Positions 1 through 15,674 of a DNA stretch of 64,000 bases are shown here, in pieces. The stretch is from Anaeromyxobacter sp. (GTDB taxonomy: Bacteria > Myxococcota > Myxococcia > Myxococcales > Anaeromyxobacteraceae): NCBI GenBank assembly GCA_049840735.1, contig JASGJN010000007.1, positions 160,001 to 224,000 of the forward strand, written 5' to 3'. The position numbers and the translations under genes were made by a program. The notes under the pieces are model-generated. The model did no database searches. It was not told the DNA's origin and was given only the letters and a program-made list of their open reading frames with translations. Each line of letters opens with the position of its first letter. Position 1 is the first letter of the stretch.

Positions 1-1
1 C

Positions 2-1090
2 GCGTGCGGTGGGGGCGACCAGCTCATGTGCCTGGCGGGGCTGCCCGACGCCAAGACCGAGAACGCCGCTGCGGTGGCCCTGCCGCCGTTCCTGGCCAGC
101 AAGGCCACGTTCGGGAAGGGCTACCTGAGCCCGTACCAGCCCTCCGGAACGAAGCGCGTGCGCGACTGGCAGGTGGAGTGGCTCTGCCGCTGGGTGCGCG
201 ACTACGGCATCGACGGCTTCCGCGTGGACACCGCGAAGCACGTGGAGATGGAGTCCTGGGCCGCCATGAAGACCGCCTGCGGTCAGGCGCTCCGCGACTG
301 GCGCACCGCCAACCCGTCGGCGCCGGGCGCGTCCTGGACGGACGAGTTCTGGGACACCGGCGAGGTCTTCGGGCGGGGCGCGGCCGGCTACGACGCGAAC
401 TTCTACGGGACCGGGAAGTTCGACAGCCTGCTCAACTTCGGCTTCGGCGGCGTGGCCTCCGGCGCGTCCGGCTCGTCGGCGAGCTTGTCGAGCCTGGAGT
501 CGACCTACGCGAGCTATGCCACGCAGCTCAACACCGACAGGACCCAGGCCTGGTCGGTGCTGACCTTCCTCGACAACCACGACCAGCCGAGCCTCTTCTA
601 CAACGGCGACGCCGAGCGCCAGAAGCGGGCCGGGAGCGCGCTGCTGATGTGTCCGGGGCCGGTGCACCTCTACTACGGCGACGAGTACGGGCGGGCCTAC
701 GGACCGGCCGGATCGGATCCGAACCAGGGGACGCGGTCGGACATGAGCTGGAGCACGGTCACCGCGCAGGCCTCCGACCCAGGCTCGACGCTGTCGCACT
801 GGCGGAAGCTGGGGCAGTTCCGGAAGGCGCACCTCGCGATCGGGGCGGGTGACCACGCCCGGATCGCGGACGTCTCGAGCGGCTATGCCTTCAGCCGCAC
901 CTGGGGCGCCGACAAGGTGGCGGTGGTGCTGGGGGCCAGCGGGAGCGTGACCGTGAACGTCTCGACGGCGTTCGCCGACGGCACCACGGTCCGGAACGCC
1001 TACGACAACACCACCAACCAGGTGAGCGGCGGCCGGGTAACGTTCAGCGCCGGGCCGAACGGCGTGATCCTGATCGAGGCGGCGAACTAG
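2..1090 (+). CDS. GH13 alpha-amylase (MalS-like), 5' end outside window
   Basis: Frame is open from base 2. GH13 motifs DGFRVDTAKHV, GEVFG, FLDNHD and LYYGDE are present, followed by a C-terminal beta domain. Confidence 0.85.
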   Translation, partial: ACGGGDQLMCLAGLPDAKTENAAAVALPPFLASKATFGKGYLSPYQPSGTKRVRDWQVEWLCRWVRDYGIDGFRVDTAKHVEMESWAAMKTACGQALRDWRTANPSAPGASWTDEFWDTGEVFGRGAAGYDANFYGTGKFDSLLNFGFGGVASGASGSSASLSSLESTYASYATQLNTDRTQAWSVLTFLDNHDQPSLFYNGDAERQKRAGSALLMCPGPVHLYYGDEYGRAYGPAGSDPNQGTRSDMSWSTVTAQASDPGSTLSHWRKLGQFRKAHLAIGAGDHARIADVSSGYAFSRTWGADKVAVVLGASGSVTVNVSTAFADGTTVRNAYDNTTNQVSGGRVTFSAGPNGVILIEAAN

Positions 1091-1106
1091 CCGCGGGGTG
1101 GAGCTT

Positions 1107-1140
1107 CGCCCGGGCCGGCTGCGGATGGCCGGCCCGGGCG
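1107..1140. terminator. Hairpin between convergent genes, probable terminator
   Basis: Perfect 13-bp inverted repeat cgcccgggccggc (1107-1119) / gccggcccgggcg (1128-1140). No U-tract. Confidence 0.5.
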
Positions 1141-1141
1141 C

Positions 1142-2131
1142 CTACGGCCCACGGGCCTCGTGCGCGTCCAGCTGCTTCCTCAGCCCCTCGCACGGATCCT
1201 CGCGCTCCGCCGCCGGCGTGAAGACCACGTAGTCGTACGGGATGTGCCCCTCCGCCGCCGGGTCCTCGAGCTCCGGCCAGACCTCGCGGAAGGCCACCGA
1301 CACCACCTTCGCGTCCGCCGGCAGGTAGCTGGGCACGCCGCGGTCGCGGCGGGCGTGCTCGGCGCCGGTGATGAGCGCGGCGCCGCGGCCGGCGCCGGCC
1401 TGCAGCAGCGTCGCCGCCAGCTGCGCGTCGCGGGCGCGCTGCGCGGTGACCATGGGCGCCATCATCCGCTCCGGCAGCATCCCGCAGTGCGAGGCGGCCA
1501 TCTCCTCGCGCAGCGCCTGGGCCTGCTCCGGCGCCAGCGGGCCGGCCTGGTCCAGCCGCGCCCGCACCTCGGCCGGGAGCGCGTCCGCCCCCTCGTGCAC
1601 CACCCGGCGCATCAGCCCGCGCGGGAGGTTGGCGGCGACGATGGGCAGCCCCGCCGAGAGCCCGGCCTCGAAGACGGGCCGGTAATGGGCGAAGGGCGGC
1701 CAGCCGCTCTGGTCCCAGGCCACCGCGTCGCGCAGCCCCTCCGGTGTGGGCGGGCGCGCCGCCAGCGCGGCGTCCACCGCGGGCTGCTGGTCGCGGTCCA
1801 GCATCTCGAAGGCCAGCGCCGGGCGGCGACCGGCGGCGGTCAGGGCGCGCAGCGCCCGGGCCTGCAGCTGGTGGTGGTCGCGGTTGTCGTGCGCCTCGCC
1901 CAGCAGCACCAGGTCGGCCCGGGAGAGGGCCGCGTCCAGGGCGGCCTCCTCCACGAAGCGGCGCCCCTGGACGTCCCAGATCCTGCCCACCAGCGGGTGG
2001 TCCCGGAGGCGGGGGGAGGCCCAGGACACCTCGGCGGCGGGCGCACCCGGGCGCGCGGCGGGGCGGCTGCACCCGGCCGCGAGGGCCAGCGCGGTGAGAG
2101 CCAGGGGGAGCGGGCGGGGGCGGAGGCGCAT
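1142..2131 (-). CDS. ChaN-family (heme/iron-uptake) lipoprotein
   Basis: Lipobox LAAGC; motifs VLLGEAHDNRDHH, LAFEM, SHCG, QRARD, ITGAEHAR. Start set at ATG 2131. Confidence 0.8.
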   Translation of the reverse strand: MRLRPRPLPLALTALALAAGCSRPAARPGAPAAEVSWASPRLRDHPLVGRIWDVQGRRFVEEAALDAALSRADLVLLGEAHDNRDHHQLQARALRALTAAGRRPALAFEMLDRDQQPAVDAALAARPPTPEGLRDAVAWDQSGWPPFAHYRPVFEAGLSAGLPIVAANLPRGLMRRVVHEGADALPAEVRARLDQAGPLAPEQAQALREEMAASHCGMLPERMMAPMVTAQRARDAQLAATLLQAGAGRGAALITGAEHARRDRGVPSYLPADAKVVSVAFREVWPELEDPAAEGHIPYDYVVFTPAAEREDPCEGLRKQLDAHEARGP

Positions 2132-2166
2132 GCCGGGACTGTAAGACCCGCGCCTGGCCCGCGCCG

Positions 2167-2862
2167 CTACGGCTCCTTCTTCGGGGCGGGTGCCGGGGCC
2201 GGCGCCGGAGCGGGCGCCGCCGCGGGCATGGACTCCAGCAGCTGCTGCGCCTGGGCCGCCTGTGGGCTCTGCGGGGCCTGGCGGACCACCTGCTCGAAGG
2301 CCTGGCGCGCCGCGGCCACGTCGTTCAGGTCGTTGGAGTAGACGATGCCGAGGTTGAAGACGCTCTGGACGTGGTCCGGGGCGAGCTGGCTGGCCCGCCT
2401 GAAGTTGGCGACGGCCCGGTCGAACTGGCCCAGGTCGCGGAACATCACGCCCTGGTCGGTGAGCACGTCGGGGTTGGCCGGCTGCAGGTCCAGCGCGCGC
2501 TGGTAGGCGTCGATCGACTTCTGCGGCTGGTGGGTGTCGAAGTACAGGTTGCCCAGGTGGACCCAGCCCTGCACGTCCTTGGGGTTCTTGGCCAGGTGCT
2601 GCTCCACGGCCGGGATCTCCTGGAGCAGCTGCATCGACGCCCCCTGCCCGCCGGGCGCGCCGCCGCCCATCCCGGGGGGCGGCATGGACTGGGGCATGGC
2701 CTGCTGCTGCATTCCCTGGGGCGCGTCGCTCTTGAAGAAGCGGCCGTGCTGGCCGACCTGGTAGCCGATGGTGGCGCCGATGAGACCGCCGGCTGCGACA
2801 CCGGCGAGGGCGGCCAGGACGACGTTCTGCGAGGACGAGGTGGGCTGCGGTTTCGGGCTCAA
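2167..2862 (-). CDS. Membrane-anchored tetratricopeptide-repeat protein
   Basis: N-terminal TM segment, then TPR units (WVHLGNLYFD, VLTDQGVMFR, VFNLGIVY). TTG start follows an AGGAGG RBS. Confidence 0.8.
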   Translation of the reverse strand: MSPKPQPTSSSQNVVLAALAGVAAGGLIGATIGYQVGQHGRFFKSDAPQGMQQQAMPQSMPPPGMGGGAPGGQGASMQLLQEIPAVEQHLAKNPKDVQGWVHLGNLYFDTHQPQKSIDAYQRALDLQPANPDVLTDQGVMFRDLGQFDRAVANFRRASQLAPDHVQSVFNLGIVYSNDLNDVAAARQAFEQVVRQAPQSPQAAQAQQLLESMPAAAPAPAPAPAPAPKKEP

Positions 2863-2946
2863 CGGGCGCTCCTCCTGTGCGGCGGGAGGAAACCACACGT
2901 CCGGCCGGTGCGCCAGGGGGCCGCAGGTGACGGGGAGGGGGGCAGG

Positions 2947-3303
2947 CTACCGCGTGCCGTCCGTGCGCAGCATGACCGGCCCCAGCAGCGCCTGCAGGAA
3001 GCGGCCGGACTGCTCCACCAAGGGCTCGGAGAACTGCAGCCCCACGCGGTAGGGCGGCTCGCGGGTGGCCCAGGCCACGGCGGCCTGGCCGCTGGCCTCG
3101 AAGTCGACCCGGTCCGAGCGCAGCCGCACGCGCACGTGGTCGCCGCGGTGCATGGGGAACAGCACCACAGCCCGGCAGCCGCCGGCGCCGACGTCATCGG
3201 TCTCGCACACCTGGAGCTGCCCCGCCGAGGAGACGTCCAGCGGGACGCGCACGTTGAACCGGCGGTAGATGCGCTCGTCTGCGCGGGAGGCCATCGCCGG
3301 CAT
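2947..3303 (-). CDS. PilZ-domain protein
   Basis: RIYRR (RxxxR) and DVGAGG (D/NxSxxG-like) motifs; C-terminal VGLQF strand. Confidence 0.75.
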   Translation of the reverse strand: MPAMASRADERIYRRFNVRVPLDVSSAGQLQVCETDDVGAGGCRAVVLFPMHRGDHVRVRLRSDRVDFEASGQAAVAWATREPPYRVGLQFSEPLVEQSGRFLQALLGPVMLRTDGTR

Positions 3304-3404
3304 GATGCGTACACCGGGGAGCCAGCGTCAACGCCGGCCTGCGTGCCACGGCCGCGGGGCGCCCCGGGCGCCGGACGCGCCCGGGACGACCGCCGCGACG
3401 GCGG

Positions 3405-8657
<5,253 letters not shown>

Positions 8658-9090
8658 TCCTCTTCCCACCCTTTCGCAGGCCGCCGGCGCCGGGGCGCGG
8701 GGCCACTCGAAGACTCTTCGGCGCCGCCCGCGTCGTTCGCGGCGGCGCCCGCAGGGAACCGCGCCCGCGCCGCACGGAGGCGGGGCGGGCGCAGCGCGCC
8801 GGGGGCGCGCGGGCACCACAAATCACGTTGGCGCCTGGAGAGGCAAGCGGCGAGAGAGCCCGGTCCGGCGGGGGCTTCGGGGACGACGCGATGCGCCAGC
8901 GGGGCGCGCAGGGGACGTGCAGCGGAGCGCCCCCCGCGCTGCGAACGCACACACAGTGCTGGGCGCGAGGGCGCGCGGCGGCGGGGCGGCGGAGCGCGCG
9001 TCGGGCGGCGCCGGCGCGGAAGGCGGCTGGTGGGGCGGGGTGCGCCCATTCGCCGCGCCCCAGGCACGGGGCGCGGCGGGGCGCTGGCGG

Positions 9091-9660
9091 TCAGCGCGCG
9101 GAGGCCGAGGCGGCGGGCGGCAGCGGATCCGGCACGCGGTTGGAGACGGCCGGGATGGTCCGCAGATACGCGTAGATGGACTTGAGGTCCTCGTCGGTCA
9201 TGGCCGCGGTGGCGGGGATGGGCATGGGCGGCAGGATGGGCCGGCCGCGGCCCAGGTGGCGGCCGGAGCGGAGCGTGTCCACGAACTGCTGCTCGGTCCA
9301 GCGGCCGAGGCCGGTCTCGGCGTCGGGCGTGAGGTTGGCGGTGAAGCTCACGCCCCAGGGGCCGGCCCAGGCGGTGTTGGTGGCGGCAGCGGTCACCAGC
9401 CACGGGCCGGGCGGCAGGGCCGGCGCGGGCGGCATCTGGAGCGCGGCCGGGTGGCCGGAGAGCCTGCGCGACAGGTCCGGCTCGGGGCCGGTCTGGCCCA
9501 TCTTGAAGGGCGTGTGGCAGTCGTTGCAGCCGCCGATGGTGACGAGGTAGCGGCCGTGGGCGACGCGCGGGTCCTCGCCGGCGGCGCCGGCGCGGGTGGT
9601 GAGGGTGAGCAGCAGGGCCGCGGCTGCGGCGACGGGCAGGATCCACTTCAGACGCTTCAT
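9091..9660 (-). CDS. Exported c-type cytochrome (c-553-like)
   Basis: Signal peptide, CNDCH heme motif, GPWGVSFTANLTPD, PPMP. Confidence 0.8.
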   Translation of the reverse strand: MKRLKWILPVAAAAALLLTLTTRAGAAGEDPRVAHGRYLVTIGGCNDCHTPFKMGQTGPEPDLSRRLSGHPAALQMPPAPALPPGPWLVTAAATNTAWAGPWGVSFTANLTPDAETGLGRWTEQQFVDTLRSGRHLGRGRPILPPMPIPATAAMTDEDLKSIYAYLRTIPAVSNRVPDPLPPAASASAR

Positions 9661-10748
9661 GGGTTCTTCTCCCTGGGAGGTGACCTGGTGGGCGCCGCCG
9701 CGGTGGGACCCTCCCGGATCCACGCGGCGACGAGCTGCTCCGCCTCGGCGTCGGCCTGGCTGCGGCCGAGCGGAGGCATCTGGGTGACGGGATCGGTGGC
9801 CGCCAGCCGGCGGACCAGCACGCTGCGCGCCGGGTCGCCGGGGGCGATCCGCAGCGTGGCCCCGGCGCGCTGGAAGCGGCTGGGCACGCCCACCGCGGTC
9901 TCGCGCGGCGCGCCGGGCGCGGTGTTGGGCGGCGCGCCCACGCGCTGCTCCAGGTCGAGGCCGAGGTCGGAGAGCGGCCCGCGCGCGTTGTGGCAGCCGG
10001 CGCAGTTGCCGTGCAGGTAGCCGAGCGCGGCGCGCGCCGTGGGCGTCGCGGCCGCGATGCGCGGCGGGAGGCTGCGCAGCGAGGGCGGCGCGCCGCGCAG
10101 CAGGCCGCGGTCGATCAGGGCCGGCAGGTCCACCGCGCCGGCCGGCGGCGGGGCGGCGTGCGGCGCCAGCGGGTCGCGGTCGGGCGAGAGCTGGAGCGCG
10201 CCGAAGCCGAGCACCGCCGCCGGGTGGCCCTCGTGGCAGGCGCGGCAGTCGGCGCCGGAGGGCAGGTCGTGGGTCCGGCCGTCGGCGCCGGTGGCCCGGC
10301 CGCCGCGCTGCGGCGCGAGGCGCGCGTCGCGGCCGTCGGCGGTCCAGGCGTAGGTGGCGTAGCGCCAGCCCTCGGCGGCCCGCTCCATGTAGCGGGTCTC
10401 GAAGGGGCGGCCGCCGAAGGAGAACTCCTTCCAGAGCCGGGTGCCGACCGGGAAGACCCAGACGTCCGGATCGCGCCCGTCGATGGCCGCGCCGGCGGGG
10501 AGGCGGATCCAGCGGCGCTTGGCGGCGCCGTCGCTCCAGAGCGGGTACTGCGGGGCGAAGGGGAGCGCCTCGGCGTGGAGCTCGCCGCGGTCGAAGTCGG
10601 CGTAGAGGCCGGTGTCGGCCAGCCGCTCCGGGAGCGGCGCAGGGCCGGCCGCGGCCGGGGCCTGCTGCGCCGTCGCCGCCGCGGCCATCGCGCAGGCCAG
10701 CAGCGCCCCCGCGCCGATCGTCAGCTGGTTCCTCGCTCCCGTGATCAC
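9657..10748 (-). CDS. Exported diheme c-type cytochrome
   Basis: Signal peptide; CRACH and CAGCH; PLWSDGAAKRRW; QMPP; GGAGG RBS; 4-bp overlap with the downstream cytochrome gene. Confidence 0.75.
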   Translation of the reverse strand: MITGARNQLTIGAGALLACAMAAAATAQQAPAAAGPAPLPERLADTGLYADFDRGELHAEALPFAPQYPLWSDGAAKRRWIRLPAGAAIDGRDPDVWVFPVGTRLWKEFSFGGRPFETRYMERAAEGWRYATYAWTADGRDARLAPQRGGRATGADGRTHDLPSGADCRACHEGHPAAVLGFGALQLSPDRDPLAPHAAPPPAGAVDLPALIDRGLLRGAPPSLRSLPPRIAAATPTARAALGYLHGNCAGCHNARGPLSDLGLDLEQRVGAPPNTAPGAPRETAVGVPSRFQRAGATLRIAPGDPARSVLVRRLAATDPVTQMPPLGRSQADAEAEQLVAAWIREGPTAAAPTRSPPREKNP

Positions 10749-10804
10749 CGCCGCGCCTCCGCTCCTCGTGACGAGCGGAAGGTGCCGCAGCCGGCCGGGC
10801 GCGG

Positions 10805-10844
10805 TTCCTAAATGATCCCTGGTCGCTTCCTAAGAAGTGCCTAA
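10805..10844 (-). promoter_or_regulatory. 11-bp-periodic direct-repeat box (TTAGG) upstream of the cytochrome pair
   Basis: cctaa at 10807, 10829 and 10840, plus a degenerate cctgg at 10818, in an AT-richer patch. Confidence 0.45.
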
Positions 10845-10956
10845 CGCCGGCCCGCGCGGGGCGGACGGCCGCGCTCATGGCGGCGACCGGTCGAGTTGAA
10901 CTCTCCCCCCGTGACCCCCAACCATCACGCAGGCTCAAGCCGAATGGGCGGCGTGA

Positions 10957-12888
10957 TCAGAACCGGATCGCGTACAGGAACGTGGTCTGCGGGTCGCGCC
11001 GGTAGCGCTCGGTGATGGCGGCGATGGGCGCCGCGGGCGGCCCCAGCCAGCGCTCCACCAGCGCCTTCGCGCCGGCCGCGTCGCCGCGCGCCTTGAATCC
11101 GCAGCACCGCGGCCTCGAGCTTCTCCACCGCCGCCGGCCAGCGCTTCGCGTCCACCTCCATGCAGCCCCGCTCCACGCCGTCGGCGGCGCGCGCGTCCCC
11201 GCGCCAGACCAGCGCGCGCTCGGAGAGCAGGAAGCCGAGCTGCACGGTGGCCAGCGCCGGGTAGGCGGACAGCTCGCCGTCCTGGTCGCGGACGCCGAGG
11301 CTCGACTGGCCGAAGGCCCAGGCCAGGTCGGAGAGCCGGCTGCGGGCCGCCAGGCCGGGGTCGATCACGCCGCGCGCGGCCAGCCAGCCGGTGAGGTGGA
11401 GCGCGCTGGTCTGGGCCTTGAGCTCCTCCAGCATGCTGGCCACCGGCCCGCCGAAGAGCTGCGGGGCGGTCTTGCCGCCCACCGCGTACTCGGCCGAGGG
11501 GCCCAGGTTGTGCGCCGCCTCGTGCAGCAGCGTGCCCAGCACCGCGGTGTCGCGGTCGTCGCCATGGGCCTTCATGGTGGCCGGGCAGAGCACCGAGGCG
11601 GCGCGGGCGCGGGCCCGGGCGCGGCTGGCGGCGTCGTCGTAGAGGTTGACCATGGCCACGGTGCGGCCGCGCCCCTCGTTGGCCACCGGGCCGAAGTTGG
11701 GCAGCGACTGGCCGATCACCGCGCCGCGCGGGTGGCGCGCGTCGCCGGCGTTGAGGATCACGTCGATGAACTCCGGGAGCGCGAAGGCGACGGCGCGGGC
11801 CTGGTAGGGCGGGCCGGCCAGGCGCGCCAGCTCGCGCTCCAGGTCGTTCTTCACCGGCTCGAGGCGCGCCTGCCAGGCCTTGGAGGCCGCGTCGGTCCGC
11901 GCCAGCGTCAGGCCGTACCCTGCCTTGAGCGCGCAGGGCTCCCAGTAGACCTCGTCCGGCGCCACGCGCAGGTAGAAGCGCGAGCCGGCGGCCCGGGCCC
12001 AGGCCTCGTCGGCCGCGTACCAGTCGTTGGTCTCGAAGGCCGTGGCGGCCGCCTCCAGGTAGGCGCGCAGCCCCGCCTCGTCGGCCGGCAGCGCCGCGGC
12101 GGCCAGGCGGAGATCGCGCGCGGTGGCCGCGGAGGCCTCCGGCCAGGCCTGCGGGAACGGGATGGCGGCCAGCCCGCCGTCCGGCCGGCGCACCACCGCG
12201 GTGAAGGGGGCGCCCAGGGCGGTCGCGTCCGGCCCGGCGTCGAGCGCCGAGCAGGCCAGGCCGGCGGGCGTGACCGCGGTGCTGCGCGGCACTGCCGGGG
12301 TCACCGCGCTGCAGGCGGCGTCGCCGCGGACCGCGGGCGCGGTGCACCAGGGCCCCTTCTCGATCACGAAGGCCAGCCGCGAGGGCGTGTCTTCCTCGGG
12401 GATGCGCCGCTCCAGCCCGGCCACCCCGCGCTGCAGCGCGTGCAGCCGCTCCACCTCCAGCGCCGCGTCCCACAGGTGGCCGAGGAAGGTCCGCTCCCAG
12501 GCCGGCGCGCCGCGCAGGTCCGTCTCCACCACCGCAAGCCGCGCCGCCGCCAGCTCGCGGGCCAGCGCGCGCTGGCGGGCCGCGTCCGGTCCCTCGGCGA
12601 TGGGCGGCGCGCCGGAGGCCAGCCGGGCGCGGACGCGCCGGTCGGCGGCGGTGAAGGCGCCGGTCAGCTGCCCGTCGCGGACGTAGGTCCGCCCGTCCTC
12701 CAGGCTAAGACGGTGGCCAGCTCACCGGCCGAGGGGCGGCCGTCACCGTCGTCGTCGGCGAGCCAGCGGAGCGGCAGCGCCAGCTCCAGCGCGGCGCGGT
12801 TCCAGGCCTCGCGGGGCGAGGCGGTCGCGGCGGGGGCTGCGGCGGGAGCGGCGGCCAGGAGGGCGGCGGCGAGCAAGGAGGCCAGCAT
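10957..12888 (-). CDS. Secreted zinc metallopeptidase, M49/DPP-III-like (two frame breaks, ~12705 and ~11097)
   Basis: Signal peptide MLASLLAAALLAA; GQSLPN, HEAAHNLG and EELKA motifs. Corrected C-terminus ends FLYAIRF*. Confidence 0.7.
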
Positions 12889-12978
12889 GCGACACATATA
12901 GCAGGCAAGGCCTCGGACCTCAGGGAGGAGACGCCTCTCCCGAGGCCTGACGCCTGACGCCTGGGTGAAGCCGCGAGG

Positions 12979-13510
12979 CTAGAAGTCGAAGCAGTACACC
13001 ACCGGCTGCCCCGTCTCGGCCGCGTCGCGCAGCCGGGCCACCGCCTCGATCTGCATGGGCGACATGACGGTCAGCTCGTGGGCGTGCTCGCGGAGCGAGC
13101 GGAGGATCTCGTCCACGTGGCTGGGGCGGAGCACCAGGAAGCGCTCCTCCTCGCTGCCGGGCAGCAGCTCCAGGCTGGAGACGGCCCCCTCCGGCTCGCC
13201 GGAGAAGACCTCGGGGTAGCAGCCCCAGTAGTCGAGCCGGACGTCCTCGCCCTCCAGGCAGAAGTCGAAGACCGCGTCGTTGCGCAGCTCGTCCAGCGTG
13301 CTGCCGGTGTCGAGCAGCTCCTCCAGCCCCTCGCGCATGGGCCGGCCCGAGCCGGCGGCGATGTAGAGCGCCTCGGAGAACGCCGGCCGGCCGCTGCGCC
13401 GCCAGGCCTCCAGCCGGTCGCCCAGGAAGCCGGCCAGACGATTCGGCGTCCATGGCGCGGACCGTGGCGGCCAGCGACTGATCGAAGCGCTTCAGGTAAT
13501 CCGTCCCCAT
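12979..13510 (-). CDS. Hypothetical acidic protein (frame break at ~13442)
   Basis: MGTDYLKRF... joins RLAGFLGDRL...VVYCFDF* after removing one base. Codon usage is host-like. Confidence 0.55.
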
Positions 13511-13682
13511 CGCTCCGTCCTGGAGCCGCACGCCCCCCGCGGCGCACGGCATCGACCGCTGGAGCAGAGCACGTCCGGGCCGCCCCTGTCGAGCCGATTC
13601 GAGCCACGAACACACGACACCGGAAGGTGGTGGGTCGAAGACGGGGCGGCGGATGTAGGGGAGGGTGGGGTGGAGCTGCCGG

Positions 13683-13919
13683 CTACGGCGCCAGATCCTC
13701 GGGCAGATCGCCGGCGCTGTGCCGCTTCCCCTCCTCCTCGGCGTTCCGGTACGTGTCGGGGTCCTGCTCCACCGCCTGCCGGGCGGAGTCCGCCTCCTGC
13801 TCGGCGTCGCCGCGGCGGACGGTCTCCTGGACGCCCTCGTTGTACCGGCGGGCGGCGCTGCGGCTGCCCTCGCCCTCGTTCTCGCTGCCGGGCGTCCCGG
13901 GCTGCTGGTTCTCGGCCAT
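13683..13919 (-). CDS. Small hydrophilic hypothetical protein
   Basis: 78-aa ORF (NEGEGSRSAARRYNE) with a GGAGA RBS and GC3-biased codons. Confidence 0.65.
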   Translation of the reverse strand: MAENQQPGTPGSENEGEGSRSAARRYNEGVQETVRRGDAEQEADSARQAVEQDPDTYRNAEEEGKRHSAGDLPEDLAP

Positions 13920-14016
13920 GGTCGGTCTCCGTGTCGGTGGGGCGCCTTCGCCCGCCCAAAGGTGGCGACGGGCCGGCGGGGAGACAATCGGAGGACGCCC
14001 GTGCGCGGCCGGTCGC

Positions 14017-14520
14017 TCAGCGTGCTCCGAGCGCCCAGGCCAGCAGGGCCCAGACGCCGGCGGTCAGCCCCACCGCCGCGGCCACCACCAGCGCGATCAG
14101 CCCGGCCACCAGCCAGCCGCTGGCCCGGCTCGTCCGGGCCGGCTGCTCCAGCCAGCGCTCCAGCAGGATCAGGTTCCGGCGGTTGGCCTTCCAGCCCGCG
14201 TCGAACAGGTCGCCGGCGAACGGGATGGCGCCCACCACCGCGTCCACGGCCAGCGTGAGCCCCATGCGCGCCAGCACCGAGGGCGGGGCGCCCAGGCGTC
14301 GCGCCAGCACCAGGAGCCAGCTGGAGAGGAGGGCGCCCAGCAGGTCGCCCACCACCGGGAAAAGCCCCAGCAGCGGATCGATGCCGATCCGGAAGGAGGT
14401 GCCGGGGATGGGCACCGCGTCGTCGAGCAGGCGGGCCAGCAGCCGCGCCGACTCCAGCTCCTGGCGCCGATCGCCGGCGTCGTCGTCGGCCGGCCAGGCG
14501 CGGTGGAAGGTCTCGTCCAT
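14017..14520 (-). CDS. DUF4112 membrane protein
   Basis: LLDDAVPIPGTSFRIGIDPLLGLFPVVGD and GAIPFAGDLFDAGWKANRRN. Confidence 0.85.
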   Translation of the reverse strand: MDETFHRAWPADDDAGDRRQELESARLLARLLDDAVPIPGTSFRIGIDPLLGLFPVVGDLLGALLSSWLLVLARRLGAPPSVLARMGLTLAVDAVVGAIPFAGDLFDAGWKANRRNLILLERWLEQPARTSRASGWLVAGLIALVVAAAVGLTAGVWALLAWALGAR

Positions 14521-14568
14521 CCCCGAAAGCCTCGGCGGCCGTGGTCCGCGGCGCAACCCCGGCCCGGC

Positions 14569-14712
14569 TCAGCGTCGCTCGTCGCGCGAGCCGACCAGCC
14601 GCTTGAGCCAGCGCCACCCCCAGCGCTCGCTCCACATCCCCGGGCCGGTCATGAGGAGGCCGAGCGCGGTCAGCACCAGCACGCCGATGACGGCGATGGG
14701 GTCGATGTCCAT
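14569..14712 (-). CDS. 47-aa single-TM small protein
   Basis: MDIDPIAVIGVLVLTALGLLMTGPGMW...; host-like codons; fills the intergenic gap. Confidence 0.45.
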   Translation of the reverse strand: MDIDPIAVIGVLVLTALGLLMTGPGMWSERWGWRWLKRLVGSRDERR

Positions 14713-14931
14713 GGTGCGGCGTGCACTCCGGAAGCCTGCGGTCGAGGCCTGGGCGCCAGGCCTGGAGCGGTGAACCCCACCTCTAATCGGCGATGGGCGC
14801 CGACGCACGCTCGACTGCACGCTCACCGGGCAGGTGGCGCTGTGCGCGTGCAACCACCGGCGCATTTCGCTGGATCCAGGCCGCCGCACGCTGGCCCGCG
14901 GCTCGCAAAGGCCGAGCGCGGGAGGAGCACC

Positions 14932-15546
14932 ATGCGCGACACGACGGCAGGCGAGGGGAGTGGCCGGCGGGGCCCAAGAGCGGCGGTGGCGCGGAGCACG
15001 GGCGGCCGGTTCCTGATCAGGCTCGAGGGCGCGCTGCCGGTGGGCTGGGCGGGGCGGCTGGCGGCGGGGCTGGCCGGGCTGCGGGTCAGCGTGCTCCGCG
15101 GCAGCGCGCGCCGGACGCCCGGCCCTGGCTGGGAGGCCGAGCTGGAGGTGGAGCGGCTCGATCCCGACGTCGAGCTGGCGACGCTGGACCTGCTGGAGCT
15201 GGCCGGGCGGGAGCCGCCGCCGATCCCGCGCGACGGTCGCCACGGTCCGCCGCTGCTCCGCTTCGCCGTGCAGCCCGGTCCCGCGGCGCTCTTCGTGGAG
15301 GTGGAGGCCCGCGACGAGGTGGGCTTCCTCGACCGCGTGCTGCGCATCTTCGCGACCTACGGCCTCTTCCCGATCGAGCTGCGGCTCGAGACCAGCGAGC
15401 GGCGCGTCCGCGACACCTTCCTCCTCACCAGCGTGGGCGGCGAGCAGCCCTCGGCCGCGGTGGTCGAGGCGCTCCGCGCCGTGCTGCGCGAGCGCTGCAC
15501 GCCCGCGCCGCTGCCGGTCGCTGCGGGCGCGCCGCGCGCCATGTAG
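14932..15546 (+). CDS. Stand-alone tandem ACT-like domain protein (similar to the GlnD C-terminus)
   Basis: GGAGGAG RBS; VEVEARDEVGFLDRVLRIF...RVRDTFLL resembles GlnD ACT2. Confidence 0.6.
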   Translation: MRDTTAGEGSGRRGPRAAVARSTGGRFLIRLEGALPVGWAGRLAAGLAGLRVSVLRGSARRTPGPGWEAELEVERLDPDVELATLDLLELAGREPPPIPRDGRHGPPLLRFAVQPGPAALFVEVEARDEVGFLDRVLRIFATYGLFPIELRLETSERRVRDTFLLTSVGGEQPSAAVVEALRAVLRERCTPAPLPVAAGAPRAM

Positions 15547-15674
15547 GGGCCGCAGGGCCCCTGTCGTGTGCCGTCGCCGGCGGCCGGACGGGTGGGCGCG
15601 ACTCCTCCCCCGCTTCGACCTTCCGCTCGCCCGGCGGCGCGCGTAGAGTGCGCCGCCGTTCTCTCCTCCCTGGA

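Noticed and set aside
12908..12965. Hairpin plus short cctgacg repeats
   Set aside because: Consistent with an ordinary terminator-like stem and too short to support anything more.
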